From the NCBI GenBank assembly GCA_016839555.1, contig JAEOUA010000003.1, positions 451,610-515,609 on the forward strand: a DNA stretch of 64,000 nucleotides. Reading direction: 5' to 3'. This DNA is from Promethearchaeota archaeon. GTDB lineage: Archaea; Asgardarchaeota; Lokiarchaeia; Sigyniarchaeales; SOKP01. Of this stretch, positions 39,315 to 48,519 are shown one piece after another. Under the pieces are notes generated by a model, which was not told where the DNA came from, did no database searches, and saw only the letters and a list, made by a program, of their open reading frames with translations. The position numbers and the translations under genes were made by a program. Each line of letters opens with the position of its first letter. Positions within the stretch are counted from its first letter, which is position 1.

Positions 39315-40544
39315 CTAAAGATATAAATATCCTTGGTGATTGCCCTTAGTACTTAATCGTAAACTCCCTATAAGTACTTTTTTAATCTCTAATTGTTCCG
39401 TATATTTCAAATCTGAGAAGATTAAGAAGTATTCCTTCTCTAAATCAATGGAAAACAAAAGTCCAATATTAATCATTTTAGAATTTTCATCTAAAAGCGA
39501 AATAAGAACGTAATGGTATGGTAATGTGATAAGATTTTCTAAATCAATTTCTCTCTCAATAATTTTATTTTTTTCTTTATCATATTCATTTTTTACAAAT
39601 TTAATATCATCTAAGGGAATAGTAATTTTCTGAAAATCTGCTAAAACCTTAGAAAAGCGGCTCTGTCTTAAGAATCTTCGATCTTCTTTATCTTTATCAT
39701 AATAATATTCGTTTTCTTTTTTAATTAAAAACAATTCTTTTTGTTTTTCGGACTTTACCTTTTTCTCAATAAGCTTTAATTCTTCTATATCATCATCATG
39801 AAACGCAATAACTATATCTGGGTCTACTGTTTTTATGAAGAACGTTTTATAAATGACTCCGGCCTCTGATTTAATCCAGCCATCTGTATCAATTAAAATG
39901 AAATTGCTTTCTTGATACTTTTCTATAAAATCTTTTATTAAATTTTTAGTAGCATGAGAGACTATAAATTTGAGATTTTCTTTAGGATAGGTTGCACCAA
40001 TAAATTTCGTGAATTCTGGTTTAATATCCTCTCCTGAAATAATCGAACTCCCAATAGATCCAATATTAATTGTGGTAGGAATATACATTATTTGTTGACC
40101 CAGATCGGAATCAAGATATCCTCCATTTAATCCTTCTCTTTTTAGATTATTTGCGAGATATTTTATAAGAGTTGTTTTTCCATGACTGAGGCCAAGTACC
40201 ATTATTTTTATAGGATGATTTTCCTTATACTTTTCAATATATTTCAAAATTTCATCCTTAATTTCAATCCATTCTTTTGGTATCGAATTTTCCTCGATTA
40301 ATTTTAGATTTTCTTCGGGATTATTCGTATATATATCTAATTTAGAATCTTCTAATGCATAAACAGGATATTGATTCGCACTTGGTATTATTAATTCTAA
40401 ATCTTTCGAATCCTCACCTTTAGTGGTTTCGACTTGATTAGATGTTATGAGTTTTCCAAAAACTTCAACTTGTCCTTCTAAGAGACTTAACCTTGTGGGG
40501 CCTCTAACTATTAGTGTGTTTCCCTTCTTTAATTCTTTAATCAT
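39315..40544 (-). CDS. Clp1/Nol9/Grc3-family polynucleotide 5'-kinase
   Basis: N-terminal beta region (VRGP..L.LLEG.VEVFG), P-loop GLSHGKTT, DSDLGQ, IDTDGW, RRFLR lid. Confidence 0.88.
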   Translation of the reverse strand: MIKELKKGNTLIVRGPTRLSLLEGQVEVFGKLITSNQVETTKGEDSKDLELIIPSANQYPVYALEDSKLDIYTNNPEENLKLIEENSIPKEWIEIKDEILKYIEKYKENHPIKIMVLGLSHGKTTLIKYLANNLKREGLNGGYLDSDLGQQIMYIPTTINIGSIGSSIISGEDIKPEFTKFIGATYPKENLKFIVSHATKNLIKDFIEKYQESNFILIDTDGWIKSEAGVIYKTFFIKTVDPDIVIAFHDDDIEELKLIEKKVKSEKQKELFLIKKENEYYYDKDKEDRRFLRQSRFSKVLADFQKITIPLDDIKFVKNEYDKEKNKIIEREIDLENLITLPYHYVLISLLDENSKMINIGLLFSIDLEKEYFLIFSDLKYTEQLEIKKVLIGSLRLSTKGNHQGYLYL

Positions 40545-40604
40545 ATAATTACCGTCCTTAGTATAATATTATAAATTACTTTTATTTATTTGTCTCATAA
40601 AATC

Positions 40605-41048
40605 TTAAATTTTCATACTCCAAACCTCATATAATGGTTTGAATCCAACTTTAGTGAATAATTTTTCTGCTGCTTTATTTATATCGGACTTTAACGCTAA
40701 TCGTATAGATTCGATATGATTTCTTTTAAAATAATCTATAGCATGATGTATTAATGCTTCTCCAATTCCGGAACGTCTTTTTTCTTCTCTCACTATTAAA
40801 TTAGATAAATATCCAAACCGCTGCCCATTGTCAGATTTCTCTATAGAACAATTCGCCATACCCAGAACTTGATTATCATTTTTATCTAATGCGACCATTA
40901 CTTCGCTATTTGTATTTTTTCTCATATGATTTTCTAAACTACTTCTCCATCTATCCTCATCAAAGATTTGACTTTTTATTTTACAGAGATTTTTCATTAG
41001 CTGAGTAATTTCCTCAATGTCGCGCTCTGTAAATTCACGTATAATCAT
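40605..41048 (-). CDS. GNAT acetyltransferase
   Basis: LIVREEKRRSGIGEALI (motif A), A.KLF.K.GF. Confidence 0.88.
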   Translation of the reverse strand: MIIREFTERDIEEITQLMKNLCKIKSQIFDEDRWRSSLENHMRKNTNSEVMVALDKNDNQVLGMANCSIEKSDNGQRFGYLSNLIVREEKRRSGIGEALIHHAIDYFKRNHIESIRLALKSDINKAAEKLFTKVGFKPLYEVWSMKI

Positions 41049-41213
41049 AGCTAGATATAATTAACTTTACTTATTATTAATTTAAATTAAAGAATTAATA
41101 AATATTTATGTGAATATGATTGGGAATTATAGTTATTTTTATTATTTTGAACCCGTTTATACCTTCTCATCATCTAATTATTGATATTTTAATCGTCCGA
41201 TAAATGTTTTATT

Positions 41214-41969
41214 TTAGAGAATATCATTTAGAAAGTTTATTAATTCTTGAATAATTACGTCATGGTCTGGACTTTTTAAAATAGGATGATCTTGGTGTTT
41301 TAACCACACTTTCCGTTTTATTGTAGAATTAACACTTTCTAGGATAGTATCCATACTAGAGGGTTTAATGACTGCATCCAATCGCCCTTGAAATGCAATT
41401 ATAGGGCATTTTATCTTAGGGAGAGCTTGGTTCATCTCTTCTATTAAATTCTTTATTTTGGGAGCAATATTTAATGGAATTTTATCGTAGCCTACCCATT
41501 GGCCGTCAGTATCCTCTTTAAATTGTTCAGAATCGACTGGATAATATTTTAGAAATATTTTAAAAAGCGGTACCAATTTATGGGCAAAACCTTTAAGCCC
41601 AGTTGGTGTGCTTATGGTAAAAATGGAATCAAATTTATGCTGCGCTGCTAAGATTAATGTTAAAACGCCACCCATTGAATGTCCTCCAACAATTATCTTC
41701 TCACATTTATTTTTTAACTCTGCTATTTCTTTTTCTAAAAAAGATTTCCATTCATCTATTGAAGTGGTTCTTAAATCTTCTGGTGAGGTTCCATAGCCTG
41801 GTAATAGAGGCACTTTTACAGTGAATCCTTCTCTTTGGTGTATTTCTTTTGCTAATGGTTTTAGATCCGCTGCTGTTCCCCCTCCCCCTCCATGAATTGC
41901 AAGGATGCCAATTTTATTACCCTCAAAATAAAATGGGCCTGCTCCTACCATAATTTTTGAATGATTCAT
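41214..41969 (-). CDS. Carboxylesterase (alpha/beta hydrolase)
   Basis: IHG, PLLPGYGT, GHSMGG, QGRLD, catalytic His region. Confidence 0.88.
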   Translation of the reverse strand: MNHSKIMVGAGPFYFEGNKIGILAIHGGGGGTAADLKPLAKEIHQREGFTVKVPLLPGYGTSPEDLRTTSIDEWKSFLEKEIAELKNKCEKIIVGGHSMGGVLTLILAAQHKFDSIFTISTPTGLKGFAHKLVPLFKIFLKYYPVDSEQFKEDTDGQWVGYDKIPLNIAPKIKNLIEEMNQALPKIKCPIIAFQGRLDAVIKPSSMDTILESVNSTIKRKVWLKHQDHPILKSPDHDVIIQELINFLNDIL

Positions 41970-42082
41970 ATTTTCAACCTATATAAAATGATATAATATA
42001 TTCAAAGTCAAAATCAATTACTTTACATTATTTATTAGATTTTCTATTATAAAATTAACTTATTGACACGAGAAGAAAGTAA

Positions 42083-42850
42083 ATGAGTAAATGGAAACAA
42101 ATTTACACCAATTTAAATAAATATTTACTTCTGGCAACCTATCCAGTAGGAATAAAACTTTTAGAAAATAAAAGTGAATTTAAACAATTTAAATACTTAA
42201 AACGTCCAGAAGAAGAAATAGCTTTATGTCAGATTTTTAGTTATTCGCGATATTATGGTTGGACTATGGGATGCACAAAGGACGAAAATTTATGCCCTTT
42301 AGCAAATATAGCATTAGGATTTGAAAAACCATTTCCATTATTTAAAGAAGGTGCGTTTTTTGTGGGAAGATATAATGAGACGAAGGAAGCGGCGAAAAAA
42401 ACCACCGCCTCTATGCCTTTAATAGAAGATCACCCATATTCCGCGATAGTTTCTGGTGCCCTTCATCGAATTGATTATGATCCCGATATTATAATGATCT
42501 GGGGAAATTCTGCTCAAATTATGAGATTGATTCAAGCCTCATTATGGAAAGAAGGGGGAAGATTTTCTATGTCTACATTTTGTGATGGAGTATGTGCTGA
42601 CATCATTTCAGCGGTATATTTGACTAAGAACATGCAGGTTGCGTTTCCATGCCTTGGAGATCGACGATTCGGTCTTGCAAAGGATTCTGATTTAATAGCT
42701 TCCATTCCTAAAGATCTTATTGGAGAGATTTTGGAAGGTTTAGAAAAAACTCATAAAGCAGGCACAAGATTTCCGATCCCCTATCAATTATGTACTCCAA
42801 AATTCTTCGTGAAACTTAAAAAGCAGTTGGATAAAGTAAAGCAAAAATAA
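42083..42850 (+). CDS. DUF169-family protein
   Basis: PVGIK, CQ, C..A...LG, PDII, C.G.C, PCLGDR pattern. Confidence 0.8.
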   Translation: MSKWKQIYTNLNKYLLLATYPVGIKLLENKSEFKQFKYLKRPEEEIALCQIFSYSRYYGWTMGCTKDENLCPLANIALGFEKPFPLFKEGAFFVGRYNETKEAAKKTTASMPLIEDHPYSAIVSGALHRIDYDPDIIMIWGNSAQIMRLIQASLWKEGGRFSMSTFCDGVCADIISAVYLTKNMQVAFPCLGDRRFGLAKDSDLIASIPKDLIGEILEGLEKTHKAGTRFPIPYQLCTPKFFVKLKKQLDKVKQK

Positions 42851-43006
42851 ATTTTTACTATTTATTTCTTAAAAATATAATTATAAAAATTTGGACCCCT
42901 ACGCCTTCGATCCTCTTAGCTTTGGATATACTAGTGGATATTGATATAGATTAATTGTTTAATAATATAAGATTGCCAAATTTTTTTAAAAATTTTGATT
43001 CTAAAT

Positions 43007-43540
43007 TTACGATTTTTGAAGTTCTTCATAACAAGGAATGCATACTTGCTTTCCATCGAATTTTTTAATTCTCATACTCATTGTAGGATCTCCGCAATTC
43101 TCACAAATTATAGACTCATGAATTTGTGCTCTTTCTGGTGGGTTAAATTCTACATTCTCAATTTTAAATATGTCTTCCGGATTTGAATTCAATAATTTTT
43201 CTATTCGCTCTTCTCTGGTAAACTTATTATGACTATACGGTTCTATTTTCAAAGAAAGTTTAACCGCTTTTTTTCTATCTCTGTTATAAAAGGTATAATT
43301 ATTTTTTCCATAATCCTTGAAAACCAGATTTCCTTTTCCAAATGTGGTTCCCAAGAGTGCTTGAAGACCATCAATGCTACAATTATCATTTTCCACGACT
43401 GCCACCAGTTCTTCATCTATAGAAAAATCGTTTCCATGCTCTAGAATATATTTAGATACTAATACGCCCAAAGCTACTCCAGGACAAGTATGTCCATGAA
43501 ATTTAACTGCTTTTTCCATCAATTCTTTTGTTTGGACCAT
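43007..43540 (-). CDS. fmdE: FmdE-family protein (formylmethanofuran dehydrogenase subunit E-like)
   Basis: FHGHTCPG, ENDNCSIDGLQ...TFGKGNL, C-terminal CENCGD...CIPC Zn finger. Confidence 0.9.
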   Translation of the reverse strand: MVQTKELMEKAVKFHGHTCPGVALGVLVSKYILEHGNDFSIDEELVAVVENDNCSIDGLQALLGTTFGKGNLVFKDYGKNNYTFYNRDRKKAVKLSLKIEPYSHNKFTREERIEKLLNSNPEDIFKIENVEFNPPERAQIHESIICENCGDPTMSMRIKKFDGKQVCIPCYEELQKS

Positions 43541-43828
43541 CTTAAGTATTATTTCTAACTATTTTTTAAATATTTTTTCCCTTAAAATTATTAATATACC
43601 TTTTATAATTGAATGACTAAACCAAAATAAGATTCAAATTGATTTCTAAGAGTAAAAAGATATTAATTTCTCTGTTGTGAGAGAGAATTCTTTTTCTCTT
43701 ATCTAGCAAGGAAATACAAAAGACTATATATCCAAAAAAATATATTTCTGAAAAAATTAAGACAAAAGGAATATTTTATTAAATTGAAATAACTTAGATT
43801 ATTCCAAAAAAAACAAAATTCAATCATA

Positions 43829-44368
43829 ATGGCTGAAAAAAAATATTTATTTCTCACCGATGCAATGCTAGGAAAATTAACGGTATTATTACGAATATTT
43901 GGCTATGATACCGTGTATGCGAATGATTTATATGGATTAGATTTACCTGCATCTAATATTTTCCCAAATCCTCTTCCTGATCCTATTCCAGATGAAATTC
44001 TTCTAAATTATGCTAAGTCAATGAATAGAATCTTGCTAACTAAAGATTACCCTTTTTATAAAAAAAATACAGATCAGATTTTTCTCTTGGAAGGAAAAGG
44101 AGTTTATAATTATTTGAAGCAACTTAAGGAGGAGTTTGGATTAATATACAAATTTGAGATCCAAAAAGCGAGATGTTCTACATGTAATTCATTAATCAAA
44201 AGGGTTTCTGATAAACAAAAAATAAAAAATTATATAAAAGAATCCACCTATAGCAACTACGATAATTTTTTTCAGTGCATTAATCCAAAATGTAAGAAAG
44301 TCTTTTGGAATGGTCCTCATATTAAAGATATTGAGAAGAAATTAAAGAAACATCATCTAGATGTATAA
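43829..44368 (+). CDS. Mut7-C (PIN-like) RNase domain protein
   Basis: FLTDAMLGKL..LLRIFGYDT, RILLTKD, RCSTCN, C..C.KVFW.G.H. Confidence 0.88.
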   Translation: MAEKKYLFLTDAMLGKLTVLLRIFGYDTVYANDLYGLDLPASNIFPNPLPDPIPDEILLNYAKSMNRILLTKDYPFYKKNTDQIFLLEGKGVYNYLKQLKEEFGLIYKFEIQKARCSTCNSLIKRVSDKQKIKNYIKESTYSNYDNFFQCINPKCKKVFWNGPHIKDIEKKLKKHHLDV

Positions 44369-44454
44369 AAGAAATGTTAATTATTGAAAATTTATCTATA
44401 GACCCTATTTAAGTTAAAAATATGAATATGAAATTTGAAAATAGAATAAATCAA

Positions 44455-44688
44455 TTATTCTTTTTTCTTAAAATGAGCTTCTTTTATTTCTGTAAATTGT
44501 TGTTTCGCTTTTTCAGCATCTTCTAAGCAATTTCCCTTAGTGTACATAGAATAAGCTTGATTTAATAATTCGAGTGCTTTACGGTATTCCTTATTAGAAA
44601 TATGATTTTTAGATAATTCCATTAAATTATCTCCCTTCTTTTTATAAAACTCAATCCATTGGCTTGAGGTATCTGTATCTTTACTCAT
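44455..44688 (-). CDS. Small TPR/MIT-like helical protein
   Basis: 77 aa, EYRKALELLNQAYSMY helical repeat pattern. Confidence 0.6.
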   Translation of the reverse strand: MSKDTDTSSQWIEFYKKKGDNLMELSKNHISNKEYRKALELLNQAYSMYTKGNCLEDAEKAKQQFTEIKEAHFKKKE

Positions 44689-44856
44689 AGCATTCTAATT
44701 CTCTTTTAATTTTAGCTTATTTGAAAATAATTTTAACTATATATATTATTTATGATACTCAACATTTTAAAATTAATTGAAATGTAAAAATGATAAAATT
44801 AATATTTTTGAGTAGTGTGCGCATTAAAATTTATTTTTGTGTAAAATAGATATCTT

Positions 44857-46269
44857 TTAAATGTTTTTTTCACGAAATCTTTCCATATCAATGACTTTAT
44901 TAGATACGCGTGCTTTATCTGCGGCAAATGCCATAATATGACTTTCCAAAACTTCTCTCGCATTGGTTAAAGGATTCTTAGATTCTGTAGTGAGATCTTC
45001 GATAAATGCATCTAATAATTGATAATCGCCCCCTCCATGCTGAGCTCCGGATACATCTAATTCTTTTTCATAGATGATTTCTTCTTTTCCATTGAGCGGA
45101 TCCAAAAATGTTAATTTTTCTCCGTATGCCATAAATTCTCCAATAAGAGTCCCCTTTTGACCATCTATTCGTAGTGTCCTTCCCTCATATGGGCTAAATC
45201 CATGTACGCATAAATTGGCGGTACTCCCATTTTCAAATTTGATGTTAACTAACTGATGGTCAACCACATTATTATCAGCCTGATATACGCACCTTCCGTA
45301 GGGGTTTGTTTTTAAGATTCTCCTCTTAGCCTCATCAGAGTAGTCTTCTGGTTCATTCTCATAGAGATAATTGACTGGCCAATCCCTCCAATATCTTAAG
45401 CGTTTTAATAGTGAAATGAATTTCGAAAGAAAGGTTAATAATTTCAAATGGTTTTTTCTGAGGTTTACGATGAATTTATAGAATCCTCTATTACTTTTAT
45501 TAACTATTTGGATTATGGGCTCAATATCAATATATATTCGTGGTGCATAATATAAGCAGGTATCTTCTATGGGACATCCTTCAATGCAATATTTGGGTGC
45601 ACCCTCCGGCGCATTATCTTTGGTGAAATGCATCAAGTCACCAGTAGAGGAAATCTCCTTAGGCAAGGATCCCATAAACCAATATAATAAATCTAAATCA
45701 TGACAACACTTTGCTAATATCATGGGGGATGATTTATCCCTATTTGCCCAGTTTCCTCGCACATATGAATGAGCAAAATGATAATACCCTATATTTTCCC
45801 TATGGCTGAAATTAATTACTTCTCCCAATCTGCCACTCTTTATTGTGTGAAAAATTGTTTGAAAAAAATCTGTATAGCGAAGGACGTGGCAAACACCTAA
45901 TATTCTTCCTGTTTCTTCAACCTTTCGTACAATTTTTATACAATCTTCTAACGTGTGCGCCATTGGCTTTTCTAATAATATATCATAGCCTTTTTCTAAT
46001 GCCATTAAAGTGGGCTCGATATGCATTTGGTCTGGGGTACAAATAACTACAATATCTGCGAACTTTTCTCTGCTTAATACTTCCTTCCAAGAGATATACA
46101 TATTTTCAGAAGAAATATTATGATCCATAGCAAATTGTTCTCTTCTTCTTTGAAATGGTTCTGCTACTGCTATAAAATTAAGTTTTTCAGGATTTTCGAG
46201 CGCATATCCTCCATACGTCACTCCTCTAAAACCGGCTCCAATTAAAATTGCACTTATAGGTTTTTTCAT
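44857..46269 (-). CDS. Gfo/Idh/MocA-family oxidoreductase
   Basis: IGAG.RG, TPD..H, LLEKP, HSYVRGNW, KCCHDLD, HGGGD. Confidence 0.92.
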   Translation of the reverse strand: MKKPISAILIGAGFRGVTYGGYALENPEKLNFIAVAEPFQRRREQFAMDHNISSENMYISWKEVLSREKFADIVVICTPDQMHIEPTLMALEKGYDILLEKPMAHTLEDCIKIVRKVEETGRILGVCHVLRYTDFFQTIFHTIKSGRLGEVINFSHRENIGYYHFAHSYVRGNWANRDKSSPMILAKCCHDLDLLYWFMGSLPKEISSTGDLMHFTKDNAPEGAPKYCIEGCPIEDTCLYYAPRIYIDIEPIIQIVNKSNRGFYKFIVNLRKNHLKLLTFLSKFISLLKRLRYWRDWPVNYLYENEPEDYSDEAKRRILKTNPYGRCVYQADNNVVDHQLVNIKFENGSTANLCVHGFSPYEGRTLRIDGQKGTLIGEFMAYGEKLTFLDPLNGKEEIIYEKELDVSGAQHGGGDYQLLDAFIEDLTTESKNPLTNAREVLESHIMAFAADKARVSNKVIDMERFREKNI

Positions 46270-46331
46270 TGATTATACACCATAGTTATGAATAAGAAAG
46301 ATTAATAATCTTTTTTCAGAATAGATCTATT

Positions 46332-47012
46332 TTAAAAATTATAAAATTTTCCAATATCTTCATACTCAAACTCGCCGAGCTTTCTAGTATTTACCACTCT
46401 TAAGAATCGATTATACATTTTCCAGGTAAACTTTAGATTTTTCTGTGATTGATAAATCTTTAGCCATTCCAATAATTTCTCTTGAAGTTCCTCAGAAATG
46501 TCTATTTCTTTCTGTTTATCCTTCGAATCTTCTTTAAATTTCCCATAAGACGGAATGAAATAGACCCAGAATTTGGCGTCTTTTAAGTTTAACTCTTGAG
46601 CAGCTTTTACAGCAATATCATGAGTTGCTTGATGATCAATATGTCTATTATTATCACTTGGCAGCACAATTACATCTGCGTCCTTAATAAGGGGTTTTAC
46701 TTTTTCAACGGCATCTTTTACATATTTTTGACCCTCTGCATCGTGAAATTCTAATAAAAAGTGTTTTTCTTTTGGGATACCTAAAAATTTCGCAGCTTCT
46801 TTAGCTTCATTAAGTCGCATCTTAGCCACTTCATCTTCAGTCATAGTTTTTGCCTCTTCATCTAACCTATCTTTCACTTCCCGATAGCAAGCCCTTCCGT
46901 CAGTAACTGTTATAATACTAATATCATGGCCTTCCTCAATCCAATCAAATATTATATGTCCAACTCCAAATAATAAATCATCTGGATGAGGTTCAAATAT
47001 TACAATTTTCAT
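46332..47012 (-). CDS. PIG-L/LmbE-family deacetylase
   Basis: PHPDD, VTDG, R..EA..A, H.DH, Y.SQ; start at ATG 47012. Confidence 0.9.
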   Translation of the reverse strand: MKIVIFEPHPDDLLFGVGHIIFDWIEEGHDISIITVTDGRACYREVKDRLDEEAKTMTEDEVAKMRLNEAKEAAKFLGIPKEKHFLLEFHDAEGQKYVKDAVEKVKPLIKDADVIVLPSDNNRHIDHQATHDIAVKAAQELNLKDAKFWVYFIPSYGKFKEDSKDKQKEIDISEELQEKLLEWLKIYQSQKNLKFTWKMYNRFLRVVNTRKLGEFEYEDIGKFYNF

Positions 47013-47125
47013 AATAATTCTATAAATATTATTTTGGTCTAAGAGGTTAAATAAATTTTGCATTAATTCAGAAATTATTTAGAAGAAGTAAACTTAATAT
47101 AAAAATTCCCACAATTTTATCATTA

Positions 47126-48241
47126 TTATGTTTCAGATTGCACCACATCTGGAATTTTTCCCTGGCATAATAGATGATCTAGTAAAGTTACTGCTGTCAT
47201 AGCCTCAACAATGACAATTGCTCGTGGCACTATACAGGGATCATGTCTTCCCGTAAGTTCAAATTCAACGTTATCCATGTTTTCAATATCTACGGTTTTT
47301 TGTCTCTTTCCGATAGAAGCGGTTGGTTTTATTGCTACTTGAAATTCAATGGGCATACCAATCGATATTCCTCCAATTATCCCTCCAGAATCATTTTTGG
47401 CAGTCTTAATTTTTCCATCTTTTAAGATCCAGGGGTCGTTATGTTCAGATCCCTTCATTTTTGCGGCTTGAAATCCCGCCCCAAATTCAATACCTTTAAC
47501 GGCAGGAATGGAAAATATAGCATGGCTAATTGTTGATTCTAGGCTGTCAAATACCGGACCTCCAATCCCTGCAGGAAAGCCTTTTACAATACATTTAATT
47601 ATTCCACCGATAGAATCCTTCTGATCTTTGGTCTTTTCAATTAGATTAATCATTTGAGCGGAGATATCTTTATTTATACACCTTACTACTGATTTCTCTC
47701 TTTTTTCAACTAGTTTTTCAATGACCTCTATTTCATATTTATATTTATCTTCTATATTTCCTATACTTTTGGTATAAGCAAAAATAGATATATTATGCTG
47801 CGCAAGTATTTGTTTAGCTATTGCACCAGCCATTACAAAACCCGCAGTTATTCTGCCCGAGAATCTCCCTGAGCCTCTATAATCCGCAAATCCACCATAT
47901 CTCTTTAAAATTGAATAATCTATGTGGGAAGGGCGCAAATATTTCTTAAACTTTTTGTATTTGGAAGAATCAAAATCTTTGTTCTCAATAATCATACAAA
48001 GAGGAGCCCCCGTAGTTCTTTTATCAAATACTCCCGAAAGAACTTTTAGTTCATCCAATTCTTTTCTAAAAGTGGTTACCTCTGATTGTCCAGGTTTTCG
48101 TTTATCAAGTTCTTTTTGAATAAATTCCCTATCTATTTTTAATCCCGCAGGAACTCCATCAATGATGATTCCAATAATTTCTCCATGACTTTCACCGAAA
48201 GACGTTATCTTAAAGATTCTTCCAAAACTATTTTCTCCCAT
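47126..48241 (-). CDS. aroC: Chorismate synthase
   Basis: FGESHG, RPSHID, GRFSGR.T, SIPAVKGIEFG.GF, KPT.SI, GRHDPC. Confidence 0.97.
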   Translation of the reverse strand: MGENSFGRIFKITSFGESHGEIIGIIIDGVPAGLKIDREFIQKELDKRKPGQSEVTTFRKELDELKVLSGVFDKRTTGAPLCMIIENKDFDSSKYKKFKKYLRPSHIDYSILKRYGGFADYRGSGRFSGRITAGFVMAGAIAKQILAQHNISIFAYTKSIGNIEDKYKYEIEVIEKLVEKREKSVVRCINKDISAQMINLIEKTKDQKDSIGGIIKCIVKGFPAGIGGPVFDSLESTISHAIFSIPAVKGIEFGAGFQAAKMKGSEHNDPWILKDGKIKTAKNDSGGIIGGISIGMPIEFQVAIKPTASIGKRQKTVDIENMDNVEFELTGRHDPCIVPRAIVIVEAMTAVTLLDHLLCQGKIPDVVQSET

Positions 48242-48519
48242 TTATACTCAATTTCAACTAATTTTAAAAAAAATTTAAATTTATTTTAGTAGCAAATTTT
48301 AGTCTTGATAGTTTGATATTAGATTGTTTCAACATAAATAAAATTTTTTTAAATTAGTTGAATTAGTTAAATCTCTTATTCTTAAGATATTGTTATTACC
48401 TAAAATTAAAAGAAGTAAGTTAGCTTTTATTCTAAAGTCTTGATTTTTGAAATTTTACTTGTACTAAGTATTGATTCTCTTACTTAGGAAAAATTTTCAA
48501 AGTTGAAAGGTCGGAAAAT

